From a virus (Duplodnaviria; Caudoviricetes), in IMG/VR virus record IMGVR_UViG_3300032286_000399, positions 1 to 39,470 of that record: 39,470 nucleotides of DNA. The stretch is one strand, 5' to 3'. Position numbers and translations under genes: made by a program. How positions within the stretch are numbered: the stretch's first letter is position 1; each line of letters begins with the position of its first letter. Positions 20,015-27,457 of the stretch are shown here, piece by piece. The notes under the pieces are model-generated. The model ran no database searches. It was not told the origin of the DNA and saw only the letters and a list, made by a program, of their open reading frames with translations.

Positions 20015-20893
20015 ATGAAGATAACTAATAATTTTAAGTTACCTCAACCATTTCTAAACATAGCTAAGAACCCTAGTTACTCAAAAGGTAAGGCTCATAT
20101 ATCAGCTACAAGTTTACTTAATAGCCCTAAGATTGTGACCTTATTAAAGAAACATGATGATGAGTTAGAGCAAGACGTTGCAGATATGATATGGTCCATC
20201 TTTGGATCAGCAGTTCATAACGTGCTTGAAAAAGGTGCAGATGAACATAACTTGGTTGAACAACGTTTCTTTGCTGAAGTAGATGGTTGGAAAGTATCAG
20301 GTGCTATTGATCTTCAAGTGGTTGATCCTGACGGTATCCATATTAAAGACTATAAGACAACATCTGTTTGGGCTGTGATGAATGATAAGCCTGAATGGGA
20401 ACAGCAACTTAACATCTATGCGTGGTTAGTGCAAAAAAATAAGCAAGTGCCTATTAAGTCATTGCAGATTGTAGGTATCCTTAAAGATTGGTCTAAGCGT
20501 GAAGCTGATCGCAAGCCTGAGTATCCACAAAAAAATGTAGCTATAGTAGATATTGCACTATGGACATTTGAAGAGCAAGAAGCTTTTATCAAAGGCCGTA
20601 TTGCTAAACATAGTGCTGCTGAGTTTGCTTTAGAGACTAATGTTGATCTTCCTGATTGCACGCCACAAGAGATGTGGGAAAAACCTCCTGTATGGGCAGT
20701 GATTAAAGTAGGTGGCACAAGAGCCAAATCACTTCATGACACATCAGACATGGCAGCAATTGCCTTGGAAGAAGCTGGTCAAGGATATGAAATACAAGAG
20801 CGCAAAGGCGATAGAACTAGATGTAAAGATTATTGCATAGTTAATAGATGGTGCAAACAATACAAGGATTATCAAAATGCAAGATCTGATTGA
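20015..20893 (+). CDS. PD-(D/E)XK (Cas4/RecB-like) exonuclease
   Basis: GSAVH, VEQR, SGAIDL, DYKTT, QQLNIY and terminal RC..YC.....C.QY. Confidence 0.85.
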   Translation: MKITNNFKLPQPFLNIAKNPSYSKGKAHISATSLLNSPKIVTLLKKHDDELEQDVADMIWSIFGSAVHNVLEKGADEHNLVEQRFFAEVDGWKVSGAIDLQVVDPDGIHIKDYKTTSVWAVMNDKPEWEQQLNIYAWLVQKNKQVPIKSLQIVGILKDWSKREADRKPEYPQKNVAIVDIALWTFEEQEAFIKGRIAKHSAAEFALETNVDLPDCTPQEMWEKPPVWAVIKVGGTRAKSLHDTSDMAAIALEEAGQGYEIQERKGDRTRCKDYCIVNRWCKQYKDYQNARSD

Positions 20894-21368
20894 ACTTAGG
20901 AATCATTTATTAAATGACTGTAGCTATATAGACGGAAAATTGTTTTGGAAAAAAAATAAACAAGGTCGAATAGAAGGAAGAGAAATTGGTCGTGTCAGTC
21001 ATAGAGGATATAGACATGTAAACTATAGAAGCAAAACATACTTTGTACATAGGCTTATATTTTTGTTTCATCATGGTTATTTGCCACCAGTTTTGGATCA
21101 TATTGATGGAGATCCATTAAATAATAAAATTGAAAACTTAAGAGAAGCAACACGAAGTCAAAACAATATGAATAGCAAAATAACACATAGAAATAAAACT
21201 GGTTACAAAGGCATAAGTTGGGTTGAAAAAGAGAAAAGGTATGTATGTACAATCCAAGTTCCAAAAAATAAAAAGATTGTTAAAAGATGTAAAACTCTTG
21301 ATGAGGCAATAGTGGTTATAAAAGATTTAAGAGTCAAATATCATGGTGAGTTTGCTAGACATGAATAA
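20877..21368 (+). CDS. HNH homing endonuclease with AP2-like domain
   Basis: VHRLIF, LDHIDGDPLNNKIENLR..T..QN..N, NKTGYKGISW, YHGEFA. Confidence 0.9.
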   Translation: MQDLIELRNHLLNDCSYIDGKLFWKKNKQGRIEGREIGRVSHRGYRHVNYRSKTYFVHRLIFLFHHGYLPPVLDHIDGDPLNNKIENLREATRSQNNMNSKITHRNKTGYKGISWVEKEKRYVCTIQVPKNKKIVKRCKTLDEAIVVIKDLRVKYHGEFARHE

Positions 21369-21603
21369 TAAAATACAATCAGACGGATCTACGGCAAGTT
21401 ATTATGAGCTTCCTAAAGATGCAACTGAGCTACAACATCTTATCAGTGCAAAGAATATGAATGCACAGATTGGTGAAATCTTTAGAGCGTGTTATCGTTA
21501 TGGACAAGTATTACATAGTCCTGAACTAAGAGACGCTAAGAAGATTAAGTTTTACATAGATGCAGAAATAGAAAGATTAACTAAACTAGAAGAGGGGAAA
21601 TAA
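21361..21603 (+). CDS. conserved phage protein (DUF3310/SaV-like, tentative)
   Basis: ASYY...IGEIFRACYRYG...DAKKIKFY...EI pattern. Confidence 0.45.
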   Translation: MNNKIQSDGSTASYYELPKDATELQHLISAKNMNAQIGEIFRACYRYGQVLHSPELRDAKKIKFYIDAEIERLTKLEEGK

Positions 21604-22323
21604 ATGAACGTGTATAAAAAGCTACAACAAGCGAGGCTTAAGTTACAACAAGCACCGCTAAAGAAATCTGGCAGAAATAAATTTGCTGGATATGAGTATT
21701 TTGAATTAGCAGACTTCTTGCCATCGATCCAAACAATCTTTGCAGAAGTAGGCTTATGTGGGACTGTATCATTTGGTACAGAATTGGCAACGTTAACCAT
21801 CGTAGACACAGATGCAACTACTGATACACAACCAAACTTTGTGATATTTAGTTCACCTATGTCTACGGCTGAGTTAAAGGGTTGTCATGCAATTCAGAAC
21901 CTTGGAGCAGTGCAGACTTATTTGAGACGCTATCTTTGGGTGGCAGCTATGGAGATCGTTGAACACGACTCTCTTGACGCTACTACAGGAAAAGATGACT
22001 CAAAAAAAGCTGAGCCTACAGAATCAAGTCCACGCATTGTAGGCGTAGCAACACCGTGGCGAAAGGGCGAAGATCCTAAAGCTTGGGTTATAGATGCACC
22101 AGCTTATACGGAATCAGACGCAATTTCATGGCTGAATCTTATTCAAGATAGCACAACAATGTTCTTAGGAATGTGTACCAAAACAGAAGATATTATGGAT
22201 ATATTCAAAAAGAACAAAGTGTTATTTGATAAGTTAAAAGAGGTAGATCCTGAGACCTTCAGCAAAACGATGGAGCAATTTACATTAACTAAAAATAAAC
22301 TAGAGGAGAAAGAAAATGGCTGA
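21604..22323 (+). CDS. erf: ERF-family single-strand annealing protein
   Basis: KSGRNKFAGYEYFELADF and IQNLGAVQTYLRRYL...I.E.D..D. Confidence 0.88.
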   Translation: MNVYKKLQQARLKLQQAPLKKSGRNKFAGYEYFELADFLPSIQTIFAEVGLCGTVSFGTELATLTIVDTDATTDTQPNFVIFSSPMSTAELKGCHAIQNLGAVQTYLRRYLWVAAMEIVEHDSLDATTGKDDSKKAEPTESSPRIVGVATPWRKGEDPKAWVIDAPAYTESDAISWLNLIQDSTTMFLGMCTKTEDIMDIFKKNKVLFDKLKEVDPETFSKTMEQFTLTKNKLEEKENG

Positions 22324-22585
22324 ACAACGCCCAAATAGCGGTACATTAGGTAAAAACAGATATAAAGAGAAAGATAATCAACCAGATCTTACAGGCAATA
22401 TCCATGTAGATCGTAACTTGCTTATTGATTTATTATCTAAGAATAAAGATAGTGCTTTAATTAACCTACGTGTATCTGCGTGGAATAAGCAAAACAACTC
22501 TACAGGCGAAGGCTTTTTAGGTTTAGCTGTATCAGAACCTTTACCTCCAAAGCAACAAGCTGGTAAGAATCCCTGGGAGGCTTAA
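22316..22585 (+). CDS. putative small ssDNA-binding protein (DUF736-like)
   Basis: SGTL.KN..K....QPD.TG, SAW...FL.L.VS; aromatic tail; follows ERF. Confidence 0.55.
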   Translation: MAEQRPNSGTLGKNRYKEKDNQPDLTGNIHVDRNLLIDLLSKNKDSALINLRVSAWNKQNNSTGEGFLGLAVSEPLPPKQQAGKNPWEA

Positions 22586-23007
22586 TGGAAACTATTCAGT
22601 TTGAAGGTATTAAGGTAGCCCTTAAACAAGACAAAACTGGATATGTTTTAACACTTTCTATGCATCCTGACGACATCCCTGAGAGTTTACTTAGGGATTT
22701 TGTCGGTGCTAGATACCAAGTTGTAATGGTGAGATTGGATACTAATGAAGCTCCAATCGACAGACAAGAAGAGTTTGCTGCCGATAGGTCTATCCGTATC
22801 TCAGGTATGTTAGGACGTGATCCAAAATTTTGGGACTATTTATTTTCATTGGGTGAAATATCCACAAAGGATTATGAAACCGCAAAACAATGGATGAGAT
22901 TTCATTTAGATATAGAGTCTTTGTCTTATCTCAAAACAAACGTACAAGCACAAGTAAGGCTTGATAAATTATATAAGGATTACACTTCATGGAAACAGGT
23001 AAACTAA
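22585..23007 (+). CDS. hypothetical protein
   Basis: 140-aa ORF with RBS GGAGG. Confidence 0.7.
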   Translation: METIQFEGIKVALKQDKTGYVLTLSMHPDDIPESLLRDFVGARYQVVMVRLDTNEAPIDRQEEFAADRSIRISGMLGRDPKFWDYLFSLGEISTKDYETAKQWMRFHLDIESLSYLKTNVQAQVRLDKLYKDYTSWKQVN

Positions 23008-23273
23008 TACCGTATTCAGTTTATCTTCCAAGCGAGCTACATAAGAAACTTAAAGCGCTTGCTAAAGATAGGAAAGCATCGGAACTTATCCGCAATGCTA
23101 TTCAAATGATTATTGACGGCAATACTGTATATAACAGTGGATACAATATGGCGTTAAAAGACACCATTGATATCGTTAATAGTAATGAAAGCGCTATCAC
23201 TGTATCAGTGCATGGCATATTGATTGCTGATAATATCATTTCAGATATTAAATCATTGGAGTTATCCAAATGA
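22989..23273 (+). CDS. ribbon-helix-helix DNA-binding protein
   Basis: YSVYLPSELHKKLKALA....SELIRNAI matches the CopG/MetJ/Arc pattern. Confidence 0.7.
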   Translation: METGKLIPYSVYLPSELHKKLKALAKDRKASELIRNAIQMIIDGNTVYNSGYNMALKDTIDIVNSNESAITVSVHGILIADNIISDIKSLELSK

Positions 23274-23452
23274 CAGATAATGAAAAAGAATACATGGAGT
23301 CATTGTATGCTGGACTTGCCATGATGGGATATCTCATTCGTGGCGCTCCTATCCATAAGATTCCAGGAGATGCTAAAGCTATGGCTAAGGCCATGATGGA
23401 AGAAGAGCCTACATTGGGTCTTCCAGCCATTAAAAGAAGAGCAAGAAAATGA
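23270..23452 (+). CDS. hypothetical protein
   Basis: Coupled ORF; YAGLAMMG...A..MA.AM motif common in phage small proteins. Confidence 0.65.
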   Translation: MTDNEKEYMESLYAGLAMMGYLIRGAPIHKIPGDAKAMAKAMMEEEPTLGLPAIKRRARK

Positions 23453-23673
23453 GTGAGTTATTAGCATTTTTCTTTATGTATCACTTTAATGCAGAATGGG
23501 GTTTCTGGGTAGCATTTGGCTTTGTATTAGTTATGGAAGGTTATTGCAAGGGTAAGGAGCGTGAAAAGATTGATGAATTCTTAGCCAATTCTAAAAAAGA
23601 ATTTAAGTTAAGAGAATTAGAGCGTGAAGCTGAAGAACCACATATCTACTTAGGTGATTTACATGACAGATAA
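23449..23673 (+). CDS. hypothetical membrane protein
   Basis: Coupled ORF with a hydrophobic N-terminus. Confidence 0.6.
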   Translation: MSELLAFFFMYHFNAEWGFWVAFGFVLVMEGYCKGKEREKIDEFLANSKKEFKLRELEREAEEPHIYLGDLHDR

Positions 23674-23836
23674 AAAGTATTGCTCATCATGCCTACAATT
23701 TAGGCCAGCAGATACTGGTAAGGTAGTTTCAACTGCTAACAAACACATCAAGCGTTTTAAGTGTTCAGTATGTTTAAGTAAAATGATTATTCCAAAAAAG
23801 GAGTTATATGTTAGACGAACTAGTCAAGCTAGCTGA
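23663..23836 (+). CDS. zinc-ribbon small protein
   Basis: CSSC...CSVC. Confidence 0.55.
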   Translation: MTDKKYCSSCLQFRPADTGKVVSTANKHIKRFKCSVCLSKMIIPKKELYVRRTSQAS

Positions 23837-24017
23837 AGAGCTATACAAAAAAGATAAAGACATGGGTAAGCGTATGGGTGATTTACTCATTGAGTTACAT
23901 GCAAAAATTACAGAACAACATAGAGTGATGAATCTCATGACTCAGGATATTCGTGATATGCTTGCTCATATTCAAAAACTAGAAGGCATTCAAGAGGTAG
24001 AAGATGGAAAACTATAA
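23808..24017 (+). CDS. hypothetical coiled-coil protein
   Basis: RBS AGGAG. Confidence 0.65.
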   Translation: MLDELVKLAEELYKKDKDMGKRMGDLLIELHAKITEQHRVMNLMTQDIRDMLAHIQKLEGIQEVEDGKL

Positions 24018-24195
24018 ACAATGGATGGAACAGAAACTTACTTCAGAAGATATGGACAAACTGCCTAAGGTTGTTAAGCCATTATCCAATGAAAAGATTA
24101 TAGATATTCTGAAAGAGAATAGCTGGAATGTAGATGAGCCAGATGATCTTATTCAGTTTGCTAGATTCATAGAAGAAGCGCATGGCATTGTATAG
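24004..24195 (+). CDS. hypothetical protein
   Basis: RBS GAGG; KPLS.E.I...FAR.IEEAHGI motif. Confidence 0.65.
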   Translation: MENYKQWMEQKLTSEDMDKLPKVVKPLSNEKIIDILKENSWNVDEPDDLIQFARFIEEAHGIV

Positions 24196-24475
24196 AAACA
24201 AAAAGTTACTAGAAATAGTAAGAGAATCTCCATGCCAAGTATGTGGCCTTGAAGATGGTACAGTTGTTGCAGCACATTCAAATCAATCAAGAGACGGCAA
24301 ATCAATTGCCATGAAAAGTTCTGATTACAGAATAGCCGCAATGTGTTATAAATGTCATTCTAATCTAGATCAAGGTAGCAAAATGACTAGAGAAGAACGA
24401 GTTGAAATGTGGGAAGAAGCGCATAGAGCCACCATAGGTTGGCTATTTGAAAAACAACATTTGGAGGTTAAATGA
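24182..24475 (+). CDS. HNH-like zinc-binding protein (DUF968/DUF1364-like)
   Basis: PCQVCG...VVAAHSN...K..D...AAMCYKCH...D. Confidence 0.65.
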   Translation: MALYRNKKLLEIVRESPCQVCGLEDGTVVAAHSNQSRDGKSIAMKSSDYRIAAMCYKCHSNLDQGSKMTREERVEMWEEAHRATIGWLFEKQHLEVK

Positions 24476-24690
24476 TTATCAGATTAACAAATGCATCAAA
24501 AGATTTTAAAGGCCAAGAAATCCTTATTAATACACGACACATTATTTCAGTATTTCAAGATAACTTAATATTAGATGACAAAACTGTAGAGATAGTTTCT
24601 AATATATATGCTGTGACTCAACAAAGCTGGGTAGTAAAAGAAACAGTAAATGAAATTTTTAAAATGATACAAGATAGGACTCTTATATGA
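24472..24690 (+). CDS. FlbD-like small protein
   Basis: MIIRLT....ILIN..HI.SV.....VKETV.EI matches the FlbD-family pattern. Confidence 0.5.
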   Translation: MIIRLTNASKDFKGQEILINTRHIISVFQDNLILDDKTVEIVSNIYAVTQQSWVVKETVNEIFKMIQDRTLI

Positions 24691-24821
24691 AAGAACAATT
24701 TGGATTGTTTATAGGAATATTAGGCATATGTATGATTCCTTTTGCCATTGTATTTGTAGCCTTTAGAGCCGCATGTAGTTTTGTAAGTAGAACAGCTATG
24801 GAAGGATTGCATGATGATTAA
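24687..24821 (+). CDS. small membrane protein (44 aa, not in ORF track)
   Basis: RBS AGGA, ATGA overlap; MKEQFGLFIGILGICMIPFAIVFVAFRAAC... Confidence 0.6.
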   Translation: MKEQFGLFIGILGICMIPFAIVFVAFRAACSFVSRTAMEGLHDD

Positions 24822-25053
24822 ACAAGAGCCATACGCCTGGATTTACGAAGAGTTTGATCACAACAACAAACTTGTCAATAGCTTTATCTCTCCATTTAAA
24901 CCATCTGAAATATCCTTCAAGAACGAATTAAAATCTAAGCTTCACAATATCACCCTTACACCTTTGTATAGATGTGATGATAAAGCTGAAAAGCATATTG
25001 CTATTAAACGTTATGACAGCAGGTTATTAACAGAAGCTAATCTAGGACATTAA
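24811..25053 (+). CDS. hypothetical protein
   Basis: QEPYAW...TPLY motif pair. Confidence 0.65.
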   Translation: MMIKQEPYAWIYEEFDHNNKLVNSFISPFKPSEISFKNELKSKLHNITLTPLYRCDDKAEKHIAIKRYDSRLLTEANLGH

Positions 25054-25054
25054 C

Positions 25055-25396
25055 ATGGAACTCATTGACGAATACACCGTAAAAGAAACATACAAATACT
25101 TGCGTAGCATGCCTCCAATGATGGACTGGAATCTTCCTCCAGCACATAAGATTATATTTCAAGTAGATGATGATCCAGAAGTTATGGGTTCTATGCATGT
25201 AGAGCCAATTAAAATTCACTTAAGCACGTACCACCAAGAAACATTTAATAATTTAGTAAGAACGCTTGCTCATGAGATGGTGCATTTAAAGCTTTACTTA
25301 GATGGAAAAAGCAATTATGATCACCACGATAAGACTTTTAGGAAATTCATGAGTAAATTCAATGCAGTAATGGGTTATGACAAAAGAGAAATGTAA
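25055..25396 (+). CDS. SprT-like zinc metalloprotease
   Basis: TLAHEMVH...HHDKTF. Confidence 0.75.
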   Translation: MELIDEYTVKETYKYLRSMPPMMDWNLPPAHKIIFQVDDDPEVMGSMHVEPIKIHLSTYHQETFNNLVRTLAHEMVHLKLYLDGKSNYDHHDKTFRKFMSKFNAVMGYDKREM

Positions 25397-25414
25397 ATTA
25401 ACGAAAGGGAAAAA

Positions 25415-26119
25415 ATGAAATACAAATCAGTATTAGTTATATCGGACTTACATATACCGTATCACCACCCAGACGCATTTAGATTCTTAACTGCACTGAA
25501 GAAGAAATATAAACCAGACTGCATCATTAATATTGGTGATGAGCTTGACATGCATGCTATGTCAATGCACGACTCTGATCCAGACCTATATTCTGCTGGC
25601 CACGAGCTTGCAGCCTCTATAGCATATATCCAAGAACTTGAAAAGATATTTCCTAAGATGACGATAGTTCACTCTAACCATTCATCTATGTTATTTAGAC
25701 GTGCATTAAAGCATGGAGTTCCCAAAGGTTACTTAAAGCATTATAATGACTATTTAGGCGTTGGTAATGGATGGCAATGGGTAGACGACCACACAATTAC
25801 ATTATCTGATGGAAGTCGTTGTTTTTTTACTCATGGATTATCTGCTGATGTTCTTAAAGTAGCCATGCAATATGGGATGCACACCGTACAGGGTCATTAC
25901 CATACCAAGTTCAGCATAGGTTACTACTCAAATCCAGACGCATTAGTTTGGGGCATGCAAGTTGGATGCTTAATCAATCAGAAATCAATGGCATTCCAAT
26001 ACGCTAAGAACTTTAAGACTAGGTTTATTGTAGGTTGTGGCATGATTATTGACGGCCAGCCGAAGCTAATGCCAATGGTGTTAAATGAAAATGGCAAGTG
26101 GACGGGTAAGTTAGTATAG
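25415..26119 (+). CDS. calcineurin-like metallophosphoesterase
   Basis: SDLHIP, GDELD, SNH, THG, GHYH. Confidence 0.88.
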   Translation: MKYKSVLVISDLHIPYHHPDAFRFLTALKKKYKPDCIINIGDELDMHAMSMHDSDPDLYSAGHELAASIAYIQELEKIFPKMTIVHSNHSSMLFRRALKHGVPKGYLKHYNDYLGVGNGWQWVDDHTITLSDGSRCFFTHGLSADVLKVAMQYGMHTVQGHYHTKFSIGYYSNPDALVWGMQVGCLINQKSMAFQYAKNFKTRFIVGCGMIIDGQPKLMPMVLNENGKWTGKLV

Positions 26120-26128
26120 GAGTTATAA

Positions 26129-26341
26129 ATGGCAAGTGAAGCAGGAAAAGGTAGTAAGCAAAGACCAACTGATAAAGAGGCCTACGATGAGGCCTACGAG
26201 CGAATATGGGGCAAGAAAAAGAATCAGCCCTACAAAGAGAAGCCTTATAAAGAAGGCGTCTATTATGATTCAGACTCAGACAACATCAATGACATTCGTT
26301 ATGATGTAAAATACATACCAGAAGACCGCTATGATGAATGA
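26129..26341 (+). CDS. hypothetical protein
   Basis: RBS AGGAG; GKGS..RP......Y.RIW motif. Confidence 0.65.
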   Translation: MASEAGKGSKQRPTDKEAYDEAYERIWGKKKNQPYKEKPYKEGVYYDSDSDNINDIRYDVKYIPEDRYDE

Positions 26342-26522
26342 CGTTCCTAGCCCTTGCATTAATATATGCAAGCTAGAAAATGGTGTTTGTAGTGGTTGCG
26401 GTAGATCTAAAAGAGATATAAAGAATTGGTCTCAGTATAACAACGAGACTAAGTATCAAATCGTTCACAAAATTAAGAAGAAAAAAGCATGGGAAAATTA
26501 CAAGCAGTCACAGATGGCATAG
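26331..26522 (+). CDS. DUF1289-like Cys-rich (predicted Fe-S) protein
   Basis: SPCINICKL...CSGCGR....I..W. Confidence 0.75.
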   Translation: MMNDVPSPCINICKLENGVCSGCGRSKRDIKNWSQYNNETKYQIVHKIKKKKAWENYKQSQMA

Positions 26523-26611
26523 TTGTATTAGCACTTGTCTATGCGCTTGGCAATCTAGGCCTTGGCGTGATTCTTGCTTATCAATGGATTCAATGTATCC
26601 CATACATGTAA
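26489..26611 (+). CDS. small hydrophobic protein (40 aa, not in ORF track)
   Basis: MGKLQAVTDGIVVLALVYALGNLGLGVILAYQWIQCIPYM; ends at the hairpin; RBS is weak. Confidence 0.4.
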   Translation: MGKLQAVTDGIVVLALVYALGNLGLGVILAYQWIQCIPYM

Positions 26612-26630
26612 AAGGGGCCGAAGCCCCTTG
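26610..26630 (-). terminator. intrinsic terminator downstream of pqqA
   Basis: Minus strand GGGGC-TTCG-GCCCC-TTTT (cUUCGg tetraloop); lies between convergent genes. Confidence 0.75.
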
Positions 26631-26658
26631 CACTAATAACAATCTGTAACAATAACCA

Positions 26659-26730
26659 TTATTTATTCATTACGTACATAGTTACTTCAAAGCCAAAACG
26701 CATTTCTGTTGCTGATGGAGTTGTCCACAT
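26659..26730 (-). CDS. pqqA: pyrroloquinoline quinone precursor peptide PqqA (23 aa, not in ORF track)
   Basis: Hand translation gives MWTTPSATEMRFGFEVTMYVMNK*. It has the MW.xP leader and the RFGFEVTMY core with ExxxY; RBS AAGGA lies 8 nt upstream. Confidence 0.97.
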   Translation of the reverse strand: MWTTPSATEMRFGFEVTMYVMNK

Positions 26731-26740
26731 AATATTTTCC

Positions 26741-26846
26741 TTTGTATATAAAAAAGATCTATTTTTGCTATACAAACACCTTTGTATGTAATTTACTCCA
26801 TACAAGCTAGTTTGTATGTATTATTATGCGCTTTTTGCTATACAAA
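26741..26846. promoter_or_regulatory. phased TTTGTAT/ATACAA repeat array upstream of pqqA
   Basis: TTTGTAT at 26741, 26781, 26811; TACAA at 26771, 26801, 26841; candidate -10 CATAAT on the minus strand at about 26823-26828. Confidence 0.6.
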
Positions 26847-26931
26847 ATACTCAGTAAAACCATGAATCAGGCCTAATTCTATATAACATTTAGTTATATA
26901 CAACTATTTCTATATAATTTTCATATATTAC

Positions 26932-26960
26932 TTGACACATATATATGGATTTGCTATATT
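26932..26960 (+). promoter_or_regulatory. sigma70-type promoter of the sRNA
   Basis: TTGACA-N17-TATATT with TGn extension. Confidence 0.75.
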
Positions 26961-26967
26961 TCTACTT

Positions 26968-27077
26968 GTGAGTCCCTTTCCTCACGCTCTTCCTTTATCT
27001 ACTCTCTCTGATAATGTGAAACCCTCGGTGTCCCTCGCACCTTAAAAACCCTTAGACTGATCATCTAGGGGTTTTTT
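26968..27077 (+). ncRNA. putative ~110-nt regulatory sRNA with C/U-rich loops
   Basis: Bounded by a promoter and a terminator, with no RBS-led ORF. Hairpins GTGAG-TCCCTTTC-CTCAC and GGTG-TCCCTCG-CACC. Confidence 0.65.
27044..27077 (+). terminator. intrinsic terminator of the sRNA
   Basis: AAAAACCCTTAGA-ctgatca-TCTAGGGGTTTTTT. Confidence 0.8.
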
Positions 27078-27088
27078 CTTTCTACCAC

Positions 27089-27117
27089 TTGCAAAAATTT
27101 CCAAACAGGCGTATATT
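27089..27117 (+). promoter_or_regulatory. sigma70-type promoter of the replication-module transcript
   Basis: TTGCAA-N17-TATATT directly after the sRNA terminator. Confidence 0.65.
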
Positions 27118-27146
27118 AATAAATGAGAGAAGTAAAAAGGAAGAGG

Positions 27147-27278
27147 ATGATGTATTTCTACGTCATTATCTTTTCCCTTTTATTTCATTCCGTACTCCAA
27201 ACGATATTAATGAGCCTACATGGGCTGCTTGGAAGAATACATAGTATCCTGTCTACACCCGCAGGCTCTACTGGATAG
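27147..27278 (+). CDS. possible 43-aa hydrophobic leader peptide
   Basis: AAGGAAGAGG then ATGATG; MMYFYVIIFSLLFHSVLQTILMSLHGLLG...; may instead be non-coding. Confidence 0.3.
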   Translation: MMYFYVIIFSLLFHSVLQTILMSLHGLLGRIHSILSTPAGSTG

Positions 27279-27457
27279 CGTTAAATGGCGACTATCATGT
27301 TAGCATAGGACTGGGGTGGTACTACCTACTATGCATGCTGAAGAACATTAACTCTGTGTAGGATTGGTATTGTGAGTGCTGGTATTCATGATATGGATCA
27401 AAGGTGGTTCCTACCACCCTAGGTATCCTATTGTCTAAAATTATAGAAAGGAAGCAT

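Noticed and set aside
20015-20893. cas4 of a CRISPR-Cas locus
   Set aside because: No other cas genes or array; the ERF/SSB context fits a phage recombination nuclease.
26741-26846. Mini CRISPR array
   Set aside because: The units are only 5-15 nt, occur in both orientations and have no spacer-length gaps.
26968-27457. tRNA or tmRNA
   Set aside because: No cloverleaf, T-loop GTTCRA or CCA end was recognised.
27404-27457. N-terminal extension of the 27404-27631 ORF
   Set aside because: The GTG lies inside a hairpin without an RBS; the RBS precedes the ATG at 27458.
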